Source of the DNA: Clostridia bacterium
GTDB lineage: Bacteria; Bacillota; Clostridia; Oscillospirales; Acutalibacteraceae
NCBI GenBank assembly: GCA_024692685.1
Contig: JAILMJ010000002.1
Location: 2,261 to 66,260 of the forward strand
Direction of reading: 5' to 3'
DNA length: 64,000 bases
In this document: positions 19,432 to 28,853 of the stretch, in pieces
How positions within the stretch are numbered: position 1 is the stretch's first letter
How the letters are laid out: each line of letters starts with the position of its first letter
The notes under the pieces: generated by a model
Told to the model about the DNA's origin: nothing
The model's database searches: none
The model's input: the letters and a program-made list of their open reading frames with translations, nothing else
Made by a program: the position numbers and the translations under genes

Positions 19432-20225
19432 ACAATGTGATGAACTCAATCGCTCCCGTATGGGGCATCTGTTCATTTGATGATATAAAGGACAATATTC
19501 TGGAATGCAGAGCAAAGCTCAGACTTCCCGCCGGTGCGCGAAGTGTTGCGGTCTTTGCTTTTCCGTATCTTCTGCCCGATGAAAAATATGAGGGTCTGAA
19601 TATTTCAAAATATGCGGTTTCATCGGATTATCACGATATTCTCTCCGAAAGACTCAAAGAGGGAACGGAAATACTGAAAGAAATGTATCCCGGTGATGAT
19701 TTTGTCTATTTTATTGATAATTCACCGATTCCCGAAGTCGAGGCGGCTTGCAGGGCGGGAGTAGGTGTCAAGGGCAGAAACTCCCTGCTGATAACAGAAA
19801 AATACGGCTCTTTTGTTTTTCTCGGCGAGATTGTCACAACTCTTGCGATAGAGCACCCGAATATCACACCCGGAGTGTGTTGCGGCTGCAACAGGTGTGT
19901 TGAAGCCTGCCCGGCAGGCGCACTCATTGACGGAAAGATTGATACAGACAGGTGCCTTTCCCATATCACGCAGAAAAAAGGCGAACTGTCCGAAGAGGAA
20001 AAGAAATACATCAGGGACAGCGGCTGCGCCTGGGGCTGTGATATCTGTCAGGATGTTTGCCCGATGAATAAGGCCGCCGATTATACAGAGTTTGAAAAAT
20101 TTCTTTCAACCGCCAACGCCTCCGTAAATGAAGACACCCCTCTGGAAGGCCGTGCCTATGCCTGGAGAGGTGAAAAGGTTATCAGAAGAAATCTGAGAAT
20201 ATTGAGGAATGATTATGAAGATTAA
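19419..20225 (+). CDS. queG: Epoxyqueuosine reductase QueG-like 4Fe-4S protein
   Basis: ISKYAVSSDYH, GRNSLLITEKYGSFVFLGEI, CxxCxxCxxxCP, RCLSHITQ, WGCDICQDVCP. Confidence 0.85.
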   Translation: MDSINNVMNSIAPVWGICSFDDIKDNILECRAKLRLPAGARSVAVFAFPYLLPDEKYEGLNISKYAVSSDYHDILSERLKEGTEILKEMYPGDDFVYFIDNSPIPEVEAACRAGVGVKGRNSLLITEKYGSFVFLGEIVTTLAIEHPNITPGVCCGCNRCVEACPAGALIDGKIDTDRCLSHITQKKGELSEEEKKYIRDSGCAWGCDICQDVCPMNKAADYTEFEKFLSTANASVNEDTPLEGRAYAWRGEKVIRRNLRILRNDYED

Positions 20226-21108
20226 CGGATTTGATTTATCGGATCACGCCGAAAATCAGATAGCCGCAGCTCTGAATTCCGGCAGATTTCCTCATGCCGT
20301 TATTATAGACGGAGGTTCGCTTGAGGAAAGGGAAGGGCTTGCCTTAAAAACTGCAAAAGCCCTTGTCTGCGAAAGTGAAGACGAGAAGCCCTGCAACGAG
20401 TGCAACCACTGCAGAAAGACTGCTTTGGGTATGCATCCGGATGTTATTATGTATCATCCCCGCAAGGAAAAGAACAACAAGAATCTCAGTTATGCTGTTG
20501 ACTATATAAGAGAAATCAGGGATACTGCTTTTGTTATTCCCAACGAGGCGGATACCAAGGTTATGATTCTCTCGCAGGCGGAACTGATGAACGATAACGC
20601 CGAAAACGCTTTTCTCAAGATTCTTGAAGAGCCTCCGAAGTTTACGGAGTTCATTCTTCTGTGCCCGTCAAAGTCCTTTTTCCTGCCGACTGTGCTTTCA
20701 AGAGTTATGGTTTATTCCCTGGGAGAAGCGGCAGACGACGTAAGCGCAAATATACCTTATGAGGATATAGAGAATGCTGCAACTTCCGTTGTTCTTGCCC
20801 TTATAAACAGCAAAGAATTTGAAATAGTCAGGGCGGCGGGCGCCTTTTCGGCTGATGATAAGCTCTTCAAGCCTGCGCTTGGCGTTATGCAGGATATTTT
20901 TTCCCAGGCGCTGAGGGTTAAATATTCCGCCCTTGACGGCGAAGCTTCACCGATTGCCTCAAAAGCAGCGGCCAGATTGTCGGTCAAAGCATTGCTTAAG
21001 CTTACTGATAATATATATGAGCTTCTGAGCGCCCTTGACGCAAGGGGCAACATGAATCTTACAATCACAAGAATGTGCACTCTTTTCAGAGCTGCAATTA
21101 ATGAATAA
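20209..21108 (+). CDS. holB: DNA polymerase III subunit delta-prime
   Basis: PHAVII, CNECNHC, HPDV, NAFLKILEEPP, LPTVLSR; precedes yaaT as in Firmicutes; start may be ATG 20215. Confidence 0.88.
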   Translation: MIMKINGFDLSDHAENQIAAALNSGRFPHAVIIDGGSLEEREGLALKTAKALVCESEDEKPCNECNHCRKTALGMHPDVIMYHPRKEKNNKNLSYAVDYIREIRDTAFVIPNEADTKVMILSQAELMNDNAENAFLKILEEPPKFTEFILLCPSKSFFLPTVLSRVMVYSLGEAADDVSANIPYEDIENAATSVVLALINSKEFEIVRAAGAFSADDKLFKPALGVMQDIFSQALRVKYSALDGEASPIASKAAARLSVKALLKLTDNIYELLSALDARGNMNLTITRMCTLFRAAINE

Positions 21109-21158
21109 ATTTTCAGAAAGGATTGATAACGGGTACGCCCGTTTCTCAGGTTGATTAT

Positions 21159-22019
21159 ATGTCTGAAATAGTCGGAATTCGCTTTAAAGAGGTTGGTAAG
21201 GTTTACTACTTCGATCCCGACGGCGCAAAGTTTAACAAAGGCGATTTTGCCATTGTTGAAACCGTGAGGGGAGTTGAATGCGGTGAAGTTGCCATTGATA
21301 ATAAAGAAGTCAGCGAAGATGAAATAGTAAAACCCCTTAAAAAGATTATCCGTCCCGCAAACAATGAGGATGTAAAGAGATACAGGGAAAACAGGCAAAA
21401 AGAGAAGGAAGCCGCAGAGATTTGCAGAAAAAGAATAGAGTATCATAAACTCGATATGAATCTCGTTGACGCCGAATATACTTTTGACGGAGCCAAAATC
21501 CTCTTCTATTTTACTGCCGATGGCAGAGTGGATTTCAGGGAACTTGTCAAGGATCTTGCCGGCACTTTCAGAACGCGTATAGAGTTAAGGCAGATAGGCG
21601 TAAGAGATGAGGCAAAGATGCTGGGTGGCCTCGGTATATGCGGCAGACCTTTCTGTTGCAGCAGTTTTCTTGGGGATTTTCAGCCGGTGTCTATCAAAAT
21701 GGCAAAGGAGCAGGGCCTTTCACTTAACCCGGAGAAAATCAGCGGAACCTGCGGCAGACTTATGTGCTGCCTAAAATATGAACAAAACGCCTATGAGTAT
21801 CTGATGAAGGTTACCCCAAAGCCGGGTGCTCTCGTAAAAACTCCCGACGGTCGGGGAAAAGTTGTAGAAACAAGTCTTCTTACAGGGAAACTCAAGGTGC
21901 TGCTTGACAATCAGGCAACCGAAATTCCCAGAATCTATTTTAAAAAAGACGTTGAACTTATCAAGGACGGCAAAATCATTGAGGATACAGAGGAAGATAT
22001 AATCGCAGAGACTGAATAA
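21159..22019 (+). CDS. yaaT: PSP1-domain protein RicT/YaaT
   Basis: FYFTADGRVDFRELVKDLA, RIELRQIGVRDEAK, GICGRPFCC, KISGTCGRLMCCLKYE. Confidence 0.93.
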   Translation: MSEIVGIRFKEVGKVYYFDPDGAKFNKGDFAIVETVRGVECGEVAIDNKEVSEDEIVKPLKKIIRPANNEDVKRYRENRQKEKEAAEICRKRIEYHKLDMNLVDAEYTFDGAKILFYFTADGRVDFRELVKDLAGTFRTRIELRQIGVRDEAKMLGGLGICGRPFCCSSFLGDFQPVSIKMAKEQGLSLNPEKISGTCGRLMCCLKYEQNAYEYLMKVTPKPGALVKTPDGRGKVVETSLLTGKLKVLLDNQATEIPRIYFKKDVELIKDGKIIEDTEEDIIAETE

Positions 22020-22035
22020 TCAACTTATAAAGATA

Positions 22036-22067
22036 CCCCGGAACGGTTAAGTACCGTCCGGGGTTTT
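22036..22067. terminator. Terminator between convergent yaaT and the hydrolase gene
   Basis: CCCCGGAACGGT-taagt-ACCGTCCGGGG followed by TTTT. Confidence 0.7.
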
Positions 22068-22075
22068 GCTTGTTC

Positions 22076-23002
22076 TTAACTGTTTTTTTCGAGAAAATCA
22101 AGTGTTAAATCCGCAAGTTCATCGGCTCTGTCCTCAATACACTGATGGCCTGCGCCTTGCAGAATATGTTGCTCTGCATCAGGAAAAGCTTCCTTGATTT
22201 CGCCTTTTTGGCTGTCATTGAGAATAATGTCTTTTTCGGCGTTGCACAGGAGTACGGGGCAGGTGATTTTTGAAGTATTATCAAGGTCGGTTGCCCTGAC
22301 GTTATACATCATCTCACACATACCTGCTCCGAAGCCGTCGTACTGAACTGCGTGAGTAACTCCCGAAACGTCATAGTTACGGGCAAAATCCGGGTTGTTG
22401 GTTGCCATTAGAATAATGAGCTTCACAAGCGGTGTTATCCTTGTGCCGTAATTGAAAAAGGCGTTCATTATCATTTTCATCGGTACGCATTTTACTATCT
22501 TTTCGGCAAAAGGAGGAAAGGTTTTCTGAGCGCAGGGACAGTAGAGCAGAAGCGCTTCGGCTTCGATTTCTTCGGCAATATTGATTGCAACGCCTCCACC
22601 CATGGAGTGCCCTGCCAATATCCATTTTTCACCGGGCGCGAGATATTCCGTCAGCGCAATTATGATTTTTTCTCTCTCAATAATGTCCATATCTTCGTTT
22701 TCCCTGGTGCTGAAACCGAAGTCCGGAAGGTCTGCCATAACGCACTCATAGCCGTTTCTGCTCATAATTTCGGACATATTGCGCCACGAATATGTTGAGC
22801 ACAAAAAACCGTGAATCATTATAATCCGGCCCTTTATTTCGCCTTGGGCAGGAGAAATACGGTAGTGAATGCTGTAATCACCGTATTCAAAAAAACGGCT
22901 GTTTTCGTATGGCATAAATTCACCCGCTGCAGAGCAAACGGAAGAGCAGAGCGATACTGAAAGAGCAATCGCAAGAAGTAAGGAAATAAGTTTTTTCATC
23001 AC
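22076..23002 (-). CDS. Exported alpha/beta hydrolase (esterase/lipase-like)
   Basis: Signal peptide, HGF oxyanion motif, GHSMGG nucleophile, AEKD acid, GAGH histidine. Confidence 0.85.
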   Translation of the reverse strand: MMKKLISLLLAIALSVSLCSSVCSAAGEFMPYENSRFFEYGDYSIHYRISPAQGEIKGRIIMIHGFLCSTYSWRNMSEIMSRNGYECVMADLPDFGFSTRENEDMDIIEREKIIIALTEYLAPGEKWILAGHSMGGGVAINIAEEIEAEALLLYCPCAQKTFPPFAEKIVKCVPMKMIMNAFFNYGTRITPLVKLIILMATNNPDFARNYDVSGVTHAVQYDGFGAGMCEMMYNVRATDLDNTSKITCPVLLCNAEKDIILNDSQKGEIKEAFPDAEQHILQGAGHQCIEDRADELADLTLDFLEKNS

Positions 23003-23442
23003 TGTTTACCCGTTGATCCAAAGCCGCCGCTGCCTCTCTCAGTCTCATCAAGCTTATCGACTTCTTCAATCTGAGGAAGCTTTACGGGCATAATTACCAT
23101 CTGGGCTATCCTTTCATATGGGTTTATTATATATGATTCTTGAAACTGGTTTATAACGCCGACACAAACTTCTCCCGTGTAGTCGCTGTCAATTACTCCA
23201 ACGGAGTTTAATAGCCCTATTCCGTGTTTTATGGCAAGTCCGCTTCTCGCAAAGATAAAAGCGGCGTATTCCGGTCCGGGAAGAGATATTGCTATGCCTG
23301 TCGGTATGACTGCTGTGCCGCCGGGTATAAGCTCAATAGGTTCATCTATGCACGCGTATAAGTCCATTCCGGCGGAGCCGGCGGTGGCTCTGAAGGGTAA
23401 TCTGGCATTTTCCCTGACCTTTTTTATTTTCAGTTTTTCCAT
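22999..23442 (-). CDS. dut: Trimeric dUTP diphosphatase
   Basis: AGMDL, RSGLA, GVIDSDYTGE, ERIAQMV, RGSGGFGSTG. Confidence 0.97.
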   Translation of the reverse strand: MEKLKIKKVRENARLPFRATAGSAGMDLYACIDEPIELIPGGTAVIPTGIAISLPGPEYAAFIFARSGLAIKHGIGLLNSVGVIDSDYTGEVCVGVINQFQESYIINPYERIAQMVIMPVKLPQIEEVDKLDETERGSGGFGSTGKQ

Positions 23443-23459
23443 ATTTGTTCTCCGTTGTT

Positions 23460-24494
23460 TTATTTTAATTTCTTAACAATGTCCTGAGAAAACTTGACAA
23501 GTTTTGCTGCCCGAGGTTTGAGAATCAGTTCCATTTCACCCATAAGCTCCTCCGGATATGCGCCGAATTTATTTTTGAAACGGTAAAGTCCGTCGTCCTC
23601 ATCAAATCTTGCCACGCCTCTGAAATCGTATATCCTGCTGCCTCTTTCAACTGCCCAGCGTATCATCTCCCATTGCAGCAGGTAGTTAGGCATAACGTTT
23701 CTGTAAACATTCCTTGAAGCGCCGTAAAAATACCATGTTTTATCACCGTATGTGACCGCAAGCGCTCCGGCAATTGCCGTTTTTTCACCATCCTCGGGGG
23801 TATAATATGCCATATATAATCTTGCGTTTTCACCGAAATTATCGAGGATTGAGGCAAAGTAATCCGCGCTTCTCAAATCAAAGCCGTCTCTTTCTGTGGT
23901 TTCTTTCATGATTTCATAGAATTCATTTGCCTTTTCGCTTGAACAGATTTCAATCTGTACATTGTTTTTCTGCGCCACTCTGACCTTCCTGCGGTGACCT
24001 GAATCAAATGCGGCAAAAACCTCATCTTCCGTTTTTCCTTCAAGGTTTATTCTCATTATTCTTGTGCACTGATAGCCGTGAAATCCATCGGTCACCGGTT
24101 TTATATCAAAGCCCGCGTCTGTTACTGCCTTACGGTATATCTCATCCCGGGTATCAACATCTTTGTCAATTTTAAGGGCATAGGCTTCGTATTTTTCGCC
24201 TTCCTTTTTTGCTCTGTCAATCAACGCGTTAAAGGTTTCAACATCGTGAATATCACAGACCGGGCCTCTGGGCGCATACATAAGATGATATTTCAGGCCC
24301 TTTATTTTTCTCGCGAGCAATGCCATTGTACCTCTGATAACTTCATTTTCATCTCTGCAAATTATTCCGCACCATTCCCAGTCGTTTTTGACACGCCCCC
24401 AGTAAGAGGTTTGCATAAAGTGGCCGTATTCGCTTGAGGCAACGAAACTGTCAAGCTCACCTGCAGTCAATAAAGATACTACTTCGGTCTTCAT
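23460..24494 (-). CDS. FemABX/MurM-family peptidoglycan bridge aminoacyltransferase
   Basis: HFMQTSYWGRVK, YAPRGP, PNYLLQWEMIRWA, YDFRG, GLYRFKNKF. Confidence 0.9.
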   Translation of the reverse strand: MKTEVVSLLTAGELDSFVASSEYGHFMQTSYWGRVKNDWEWCGIICRDENEVIRGTMALLARKIKGLKYHLMYAPRGPVCDIHDVETFNALIDRAKKEGEKYEAYALKIDKDVDTRDEIYRKAVTDAGFDIKPVTDGFHGYQCTRIMRINLEGKTEDEVFAAFDSGHRRKVRVAQKNNVQIEICSSEKANEFYEIMKETTERDGFDLRSADYFASILDNFGENARLYMAYYTPEDGEKTAIAGALAVTYGDKTWYFYGASRNVYRNVMPNYLLQWEMIRWAVERGSRIYDFRGVARFDEDDGLYRFKNKFGAYPEELMGEMELILKPRAAKLVKFSQDIVKKLK

Positions 24495-24531
24495 AAATTC
24501 TATTCTCCCGTTCCGTATGGCTTACCTGATA

Positions 24532-24560
24532 ATTATACAATATTGTCATTTTAAATGCAA
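24532..24560 (-). promoter_or_regulatory. SigA-type promoter for the FemABX gene
   Basis: Minus strand TTGCAT, 17 bp, TATAAT; contains the palindrome ACAATATTGT. Confidence 0.6.
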
Positions 24561-24589
24561 TATTTGGCCTTTTATTTTTAAGTGACAGC

Positions 24590-24620
24590 AAAAAAGAGCA
24601 ACCGAAAGGCTGCTCTTTTT
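24590..24620. terminator. Intrinsic terminator after the glycerophosphodiesterase gene
   Basis: AAAAAAGAGCA-N10-TGCTCTTTTT, A/T tracts on both sides. Confidence 0.75.
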
Positions 24621-24643
24621 GAAGGTTAAAACCGCTGATATAA

Positions 24644-25411
24644 TCAGTCCTGCTCAAATTCACTGACTATTTTGTTCATAACATCGGGGCAGTTTGTGAT
24701 GATGCCGTCAACACCGTAACCGAGAAGCTTGGTTGCGGTTTCGGGTGAATCCACGGTCCAGGGATTAACTCCTATGCCTGCTTCGTGAAGCTTTTTGACA
24801 TAGTTTGAATTGACAAGTGAATAATGGGGGTGAAGAAAATCGGCCTGAATTTCTTTTGCATAATCCACATAACCGAAAAGCATATTGCTGTATGTTATCC
24901 TTTTGTCCGGGCTGTAAAGGAATCCCGTCTTGCAGTTCTTATCCAATTCTTTGCACCTGATGAGGATTTCAGGGTCAAAGCTCGATATGAGAAGTTCGTC
25001 AAAAAGCCCGAACTCTTTTACTGCGGCAATGGTTTTGTCGGCAATGTCCTTTTCTCCGTTTTTAGGCTCTTTGATTTCGATATTCATAACCTTTATGCCT
25101 GCTTTTTTGCAAAGGTCAAGGAACTCTTCCAAAGTAGGAAGCTGGGTTCCTCTGAATTTTTCGGAATAATATGAACCGAAGTCGAGATCCCTGAGTCTTT
25201 CAAGCGTCATATCGGATATATTACCGGTGCCGTTCGATGTTTCATCAACAGTATAGTTGTGGCATATTACCACATAGCCGTCGGCCGTACAGTGAACATC
25301 GGTTTCAAAACCGTCCACTCCTATTTCAACCGACTTTTCGAATGCCGGCATAGTGTTCTGAGGCGCATACTGATTAGCTCCTCTGTGTGAAATAACGTTG
25401 CAATGAACCAT
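24644..25411 (-). CDS. Glycerophosphodiester phosphodiesterase
   Basis: SHRGA, PQNT, FETDVH, HNYTVDET, NIEIK, ISSF, WTVD, DGIITN. Confidence 0.93.
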   Translation of the reverse strand: MVHCNVISHRGANQYAPQNTMPAFEKSVEIGVDGFETDVHCTADGYVVICHNYTVDETSNGTGNISDMTLERLRDLDFGSYYSEKFRGTQLPTLEEFLDLCKKAGIKVMNIEIKEPKNGEKDIADKTIAAVKEFGLFDELLISSFDPEILIRCKELDKNCKTGFLYSPDKRITYSNMLFGYVDYAKEIQADFLHPHYSLVNSNYVKKLHEAGIGVNPWTVDSPETATKLLGYGVDGIITNCPDVMNKIVSEFEQD

Positions 25412-25469
25412 ATAAATCCTCCTTAACCGGTAATACCGCTGAACTATTATTACCGCAGGCAGACTTTGT

Positions 25470-25661
25470 TCAGCTGAACAAAGAGCAACCCGCCCTTTTA
25501 AAACCGGATATCATTTTTTCTGCCTTTTCCCTGGTCAGGCCGAAATAATCGCAAAGACAGTCTATGCACATAAACTCCTCTGCACCTCTGCTGACCATTT
25601 TTTTGTGAAAGCCGATGTCGTCGTGGGTTAAATCACGCCCGCATTTAATGCATTTGAACAT
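25470..25661 (-). CDS. Small Cys-rich hypothetical protein
   Basis: CIKC...CIDCLC...GCSLF; ATG directly follows the GH27 stop (TAAATG). Confidence 0.75.
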   Translation of the reverse strand: MFKCIKCGRDLTHDDIGFHKKMVSRGAEEFMCIDCLCDYFGLTREKAEKMISGFKRAGCSLFS

Positions 25662-26828
25662 TTATTTGGACAGCTTGCAAATATAGCACTCACAGTCATG
25701 AGGAGCTATTCTGCGGCTCATATACTCTTTCTTTACTCCGATAGACCTGCCGTTGAAAACATCCGTCATTTTAAGTCCGTATCCGCTTTCAATCGGGAGT
25801 CCGGCATCGGTCATGTAGAAGCAGATTTCCCGTTCGCGCTCGTCAAAGTTAACGAAAAGTACGGCAAACTCATTATCCGAAAGAACTCTGAAATAAACCT
25901 TTGCGAGGTCGTTGCTCACAACGGTCTTGATTTCGCCGTCGGCATTCTTTTCCGTTCTCATACTGACGTCAAATGCAGGCCTGCCTTCAATATCCTGGTT
26001 TATTCTTATCAAACGTTTGTTTGTAACGAGTTTTAAAGTCTTGTTGCTGAATGTCCTGATGTCTCCGCCGAGCATAAGAGGGGAGGCAAACATACACCAG
26101 AGAGCAAACTGTGTTTTGTAATCGGTATCGTTGCAACCGCTTGAGCCGACATTTCCTTTGCCGTACATGCCTATTGTGAGCATATCTATGTCGTTGTAGC
26201 ATCCCGGGGCAGCATATGGGAGATTGAGGACCTGACTGAGCGCAATATCTCTCATTGAGGGGAAGGAATCGTTTATATCTCCTGTTGAGCGGTAAATGTG
26301 AACGCCTGTTGAGCGTATCCAGTTGTGAACGTCATCACAGCCCCAGTTGCAGGCTGAGAAAAGAATATCGCGGCCGCTTGCCTTCAATGCAAGGCTCATC
26401 CTGCGGTACATTATGTCACCGTCGTAGTGGGCGGGTTTATAACAATAATCATATTTGAGATAGTCTGCGCCATACTCGGCAAAGGTCTTTGCGTCAAGAA
26501 ATTCATGACCGTATGATGAGGGATAGTCCGCGCAGGTTCTTGTGCCGGCACAGGAATACATACCGAATTTAAGGCCCTGAGAGTGAACATAATCGCTTAC
26601 GGATTTCATTCCTTTGGGGAACTTTTTGCGGCTGGGAACAATTTTACCGGTCTTCGGGTCTCTTTCCTTTTCGCTCCAGCAGTCATCGATAACAAGATAT
26701 TCGTACCCTGCATCGCGCAACCCTGTTTTAACCATGGCATCTGCGGTTTCACGGATAACAGTATCATTGATTTCTTCGCCGAAGGTATTCCAGGTGTTAA
26801 ACCCCATCGGAGGTGTCTTTGCAAGCAT
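25662..26828 (-). CDS. Alpha-galactosidase, GH27
   Basis: TPPMGFNTWN, VIDDCW, YLKYDYC, YRSTGDI, YNDIDML; no signal peptide; ATG 26828 after AGGAG. Confidence 0.93.
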   Translation of the reverse strand: MLAKTPPMGFNTWNTFGEEINDTVIRETADAMVKTGLRDAGYEYLVIDDCWSEKERDPKTGKIVPSRKKFPKGMKSVSDYVHSQGLKFGMYSCAGTRTCADYPSSYGHEFLDAKTFAEYGADYLKYDYCYKPAHYDGDIMYRRMSLALKASGRDILFSACNWGCDDVHNWIRSTGVHIYRSTGDINDSFPSMRDIALSQVLNLPYAAPGCYNDIDMLTIGMYGKGNVGSSGCNDTDYKTQFALWCMFASPLMLGGDIRTFSNKTLKLVTNKRLIRINQDIEGRPAFDVSMRTEKNADGEIKTVVSNDLAKVYFRVLSDNEFAVLFVNFDEREREICFYMTDAGLPIESGYGLKMTDVFNGRSIGVKKEYMSRRIAPHDCECYICKLSK

Positions 26829-26999
26829 AATATCACTCCTCATAGTTTTTATTCAGTTTAGCAGAAATATATATAAAATTCAAGAGAAACGGGTAAACAT
26901 TTTTATCTTTCTTACGAAAAATAATTGTTTATATATATTTACTTACAGAAATCCGTTGTGCTATAATATATTTAATTTTAAAAGGGAGTACTCTGATAT

Positions 27000-27914
27000 A
27001 TGACAGTTAAAAAAGTTTCCCATTTCGGAATACAGAGAAAGATAATTGCCACCACCACTCTTCACAGTTGGCAGACAGTGCCTCATATCGGCTACAGCTA
27101 TGAACCCGACGTTTCAAAATTTGTGGATACAGTCAAGGAACTCAATGCCTCCGGCAAATTTGAGTCAAAAATTACAGTCAACACAATTATGCTGAAAGCC
27201 ATAACCGAGGGCCTGAAAGCGGCCCCCAGGCTCAATGCCCATATCAAATTCGACCCCAAGAGAGTCAAGGGAACAGTCACGGAATATGAGGATATTCATG
27301 TTTCGATGACCTGGGAACTTCCCAACAATCAGATGATGACCATCAACCTTCATGATCTGGGCAACAAATCCCTTACCGAACTCAACGATTACATTAAAGA
27401 AACAGCCGAAAAAATCGGCAACACAAATCTCGATGAGGTTATGTATTCCATCTCTATTGACGACACCCTCGGTGCTCTTAAACACGGTCATATCGGGCTT
27501 GCAATCAACAGACTCATCGGCGGCAAACTCGGTAAATATAAAGTTACTTCGCTCAAAGGTAAGGAGAAGAAAGAGTATTACAGTATTCCCGAAACCAAAC
27601 GCCTTAGCAAGGAAGACATCAGGCAGGGCACGGTATGTGTTTCCAATATCGGCTCAACGACAAGGGGCATACCCGGCAGGGTTACCCTGCTTGCCATCAT
27701 TCCTCCCCAGGTATTTGTGCTTTGTATGGGTACTATTCAGAAGATACCAATGGTTTATCAGAACGAAAACGGTGAGGATGAAATCAGAGTCGGCAGGATG
27801 CTCCCGATGTGTCTGGTATTTGACCACCGCGCAGTGGATTTTGATGAAATCGTTCCTTTCCTTAACAGGATGGAAGAAATCTTCAAGAATCCCGAAGAAA
27901 TGTATAACTGGTAA
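27000..27914 (+). CDS. Stand-alone 2-oxoacid dehydrogenase E2-like acyltransferase catalytic domain
   Basis: RKIIA...PH, APRLNA, GTVCVSNIGS, IIPPQVFVL, LVFDHRAVD; no lipoyl or subunit-binding domain. Confidence 0.8.
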   Translation: MTVKKVSHFGIQRKIIATTTLHSWQTVPHIGYSYEPDVSKFVDTVKELNASGKFESKITVNTIMLKAITEGLKAAPRLNAHIKFDPKRVKGTVTEYEDIHVSMTWELPNNQMMTINLHDLGNKSLTELNDYIKETAEKIGNTNLDEVMYSISIDDTLGALKHGHIGLAINRLIGGKLGKYKVTSLKGKEKKEYYSIPETKRLSKEDIRQGTVCVSNIGSTTRGIPGRVTLLAIIPPQVFVLCMGTIQKIPMVYQNENGEDEIRVGRMLPMCLVFDHRAVDFDEIVPFLNRMEEIFKNPEEMYNW

Positions 27915-28025
27915 AAGCAATTATTGCCTCGGCTCTCCTTAAGCGGACAGTCGGGGTAGTGTACTTAAAAGAACCGGCCGGATTGCTCGGGCATATCCGG
28001 ATTAACGAAAATGGAAGGAGAAAAA

Positions 28026-28853
28026 ATGAGTAAAAAGCGAAGAATTGTAAGCATTGTCGTTTTCGCTGTCATTTTTGCCGCGCTGCTCGTTGGAATAGTC
28101 CTGACTTCCGGTGCGTCCCCGGCTTCCGAGGAGCCGATAGGCGAGGTGATGAAGGATGCAGTCCTTCACGAAACCGGGAAGATAAATCTGCTCGGTATCA
28201 GAATCAATCCCGGTCTTGTGTCCGCATTTTCAGTATCGGGAATAATGATACTTTTTGCGTTGATTATCAGGATTTTTGTGATACCTAAGTTTAAACTGAA
28301 GCCCGGCAGATTTCAATTTCTTCTTGAAAAGGCAGTGGGACTCTTTGACGGACTTGCAAAGGAAAACAGTCCGCACAAATCACATTTTATAGGCGGGTAT
28401 ATCTTTTCTGCCGGGGCGTATATTTTTTTCAGCACTTTATTTGAACTCTTCGGTTTTCAGGCTGTTACCGTCACAGGCCGGCCTATATCTCTTCCCGCAC
28501 CGCTTTCGGATATAAACGGAGCGATTGCAATGGGTGTATTTTCCTACGGAGTGATTCTTATCGGGGGTCTGATTAATAACGGATTCAAAGGAATGTTCAA
28601 TGCGCTCAAGGATTTTTCTCTTCCGATTTCAATGAGTTTCAGGCTTTTCGGAGCTCTGCTCTCGGGCGCTCTCGTTACAGAACTCGTTTATTACTATTCT
28701 TTGACCAGCTATGTTATTCCCGTTCTGGTCGGAGTGCTGTTCACCCTTCTTCACGCAGTTATTCAGGCATATGTTCTTACAATGCTTGTTTCAATTTTTT
28801 ACGGGGAGTCTTCAGAACCTTCACGCAAAAAGAAAAGAGGAAAAAAGATATGA
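28026..28853 (+). CDS. atpB: F-type ATP synthase subunit a
   Basis: PGRFQFLLE, PAPLSDIN, SMSFRLFG (essential Arg), IQAYVLTML; first gene of the atp block. Confidence 0.88.
   Translation: MSKKRRIVSIVVFAVIFAALLVGIVLTSGASPASEEPIGEVMKDAVLHETGKINLLGIRINPGLVSAFSVSGIMILFALIIRIFVIPKFKLKPGRFQFLLEKAVGLFDGLAKENSPHKSHFIGGYIFSAGAYIFFSTLFELFGFQAVTVTGRPISLPAPLSDINGAIAMGVFSYGVILIGGLINNGFKGMFNALKDFSLPISMSFRLFGALLSGALVTELVYYYSLTSYVIPVLVGVLFTLLHAVIQAYVLTMLVSIFYGESSEPSRKKKRGKKI

Noticed and set aside
20209-21108. Degenerate Walker A in holB as a possible pseudogene sign
   Set aside because: Delta-prime normally lacks a functional P-loop, and the ORF is intact
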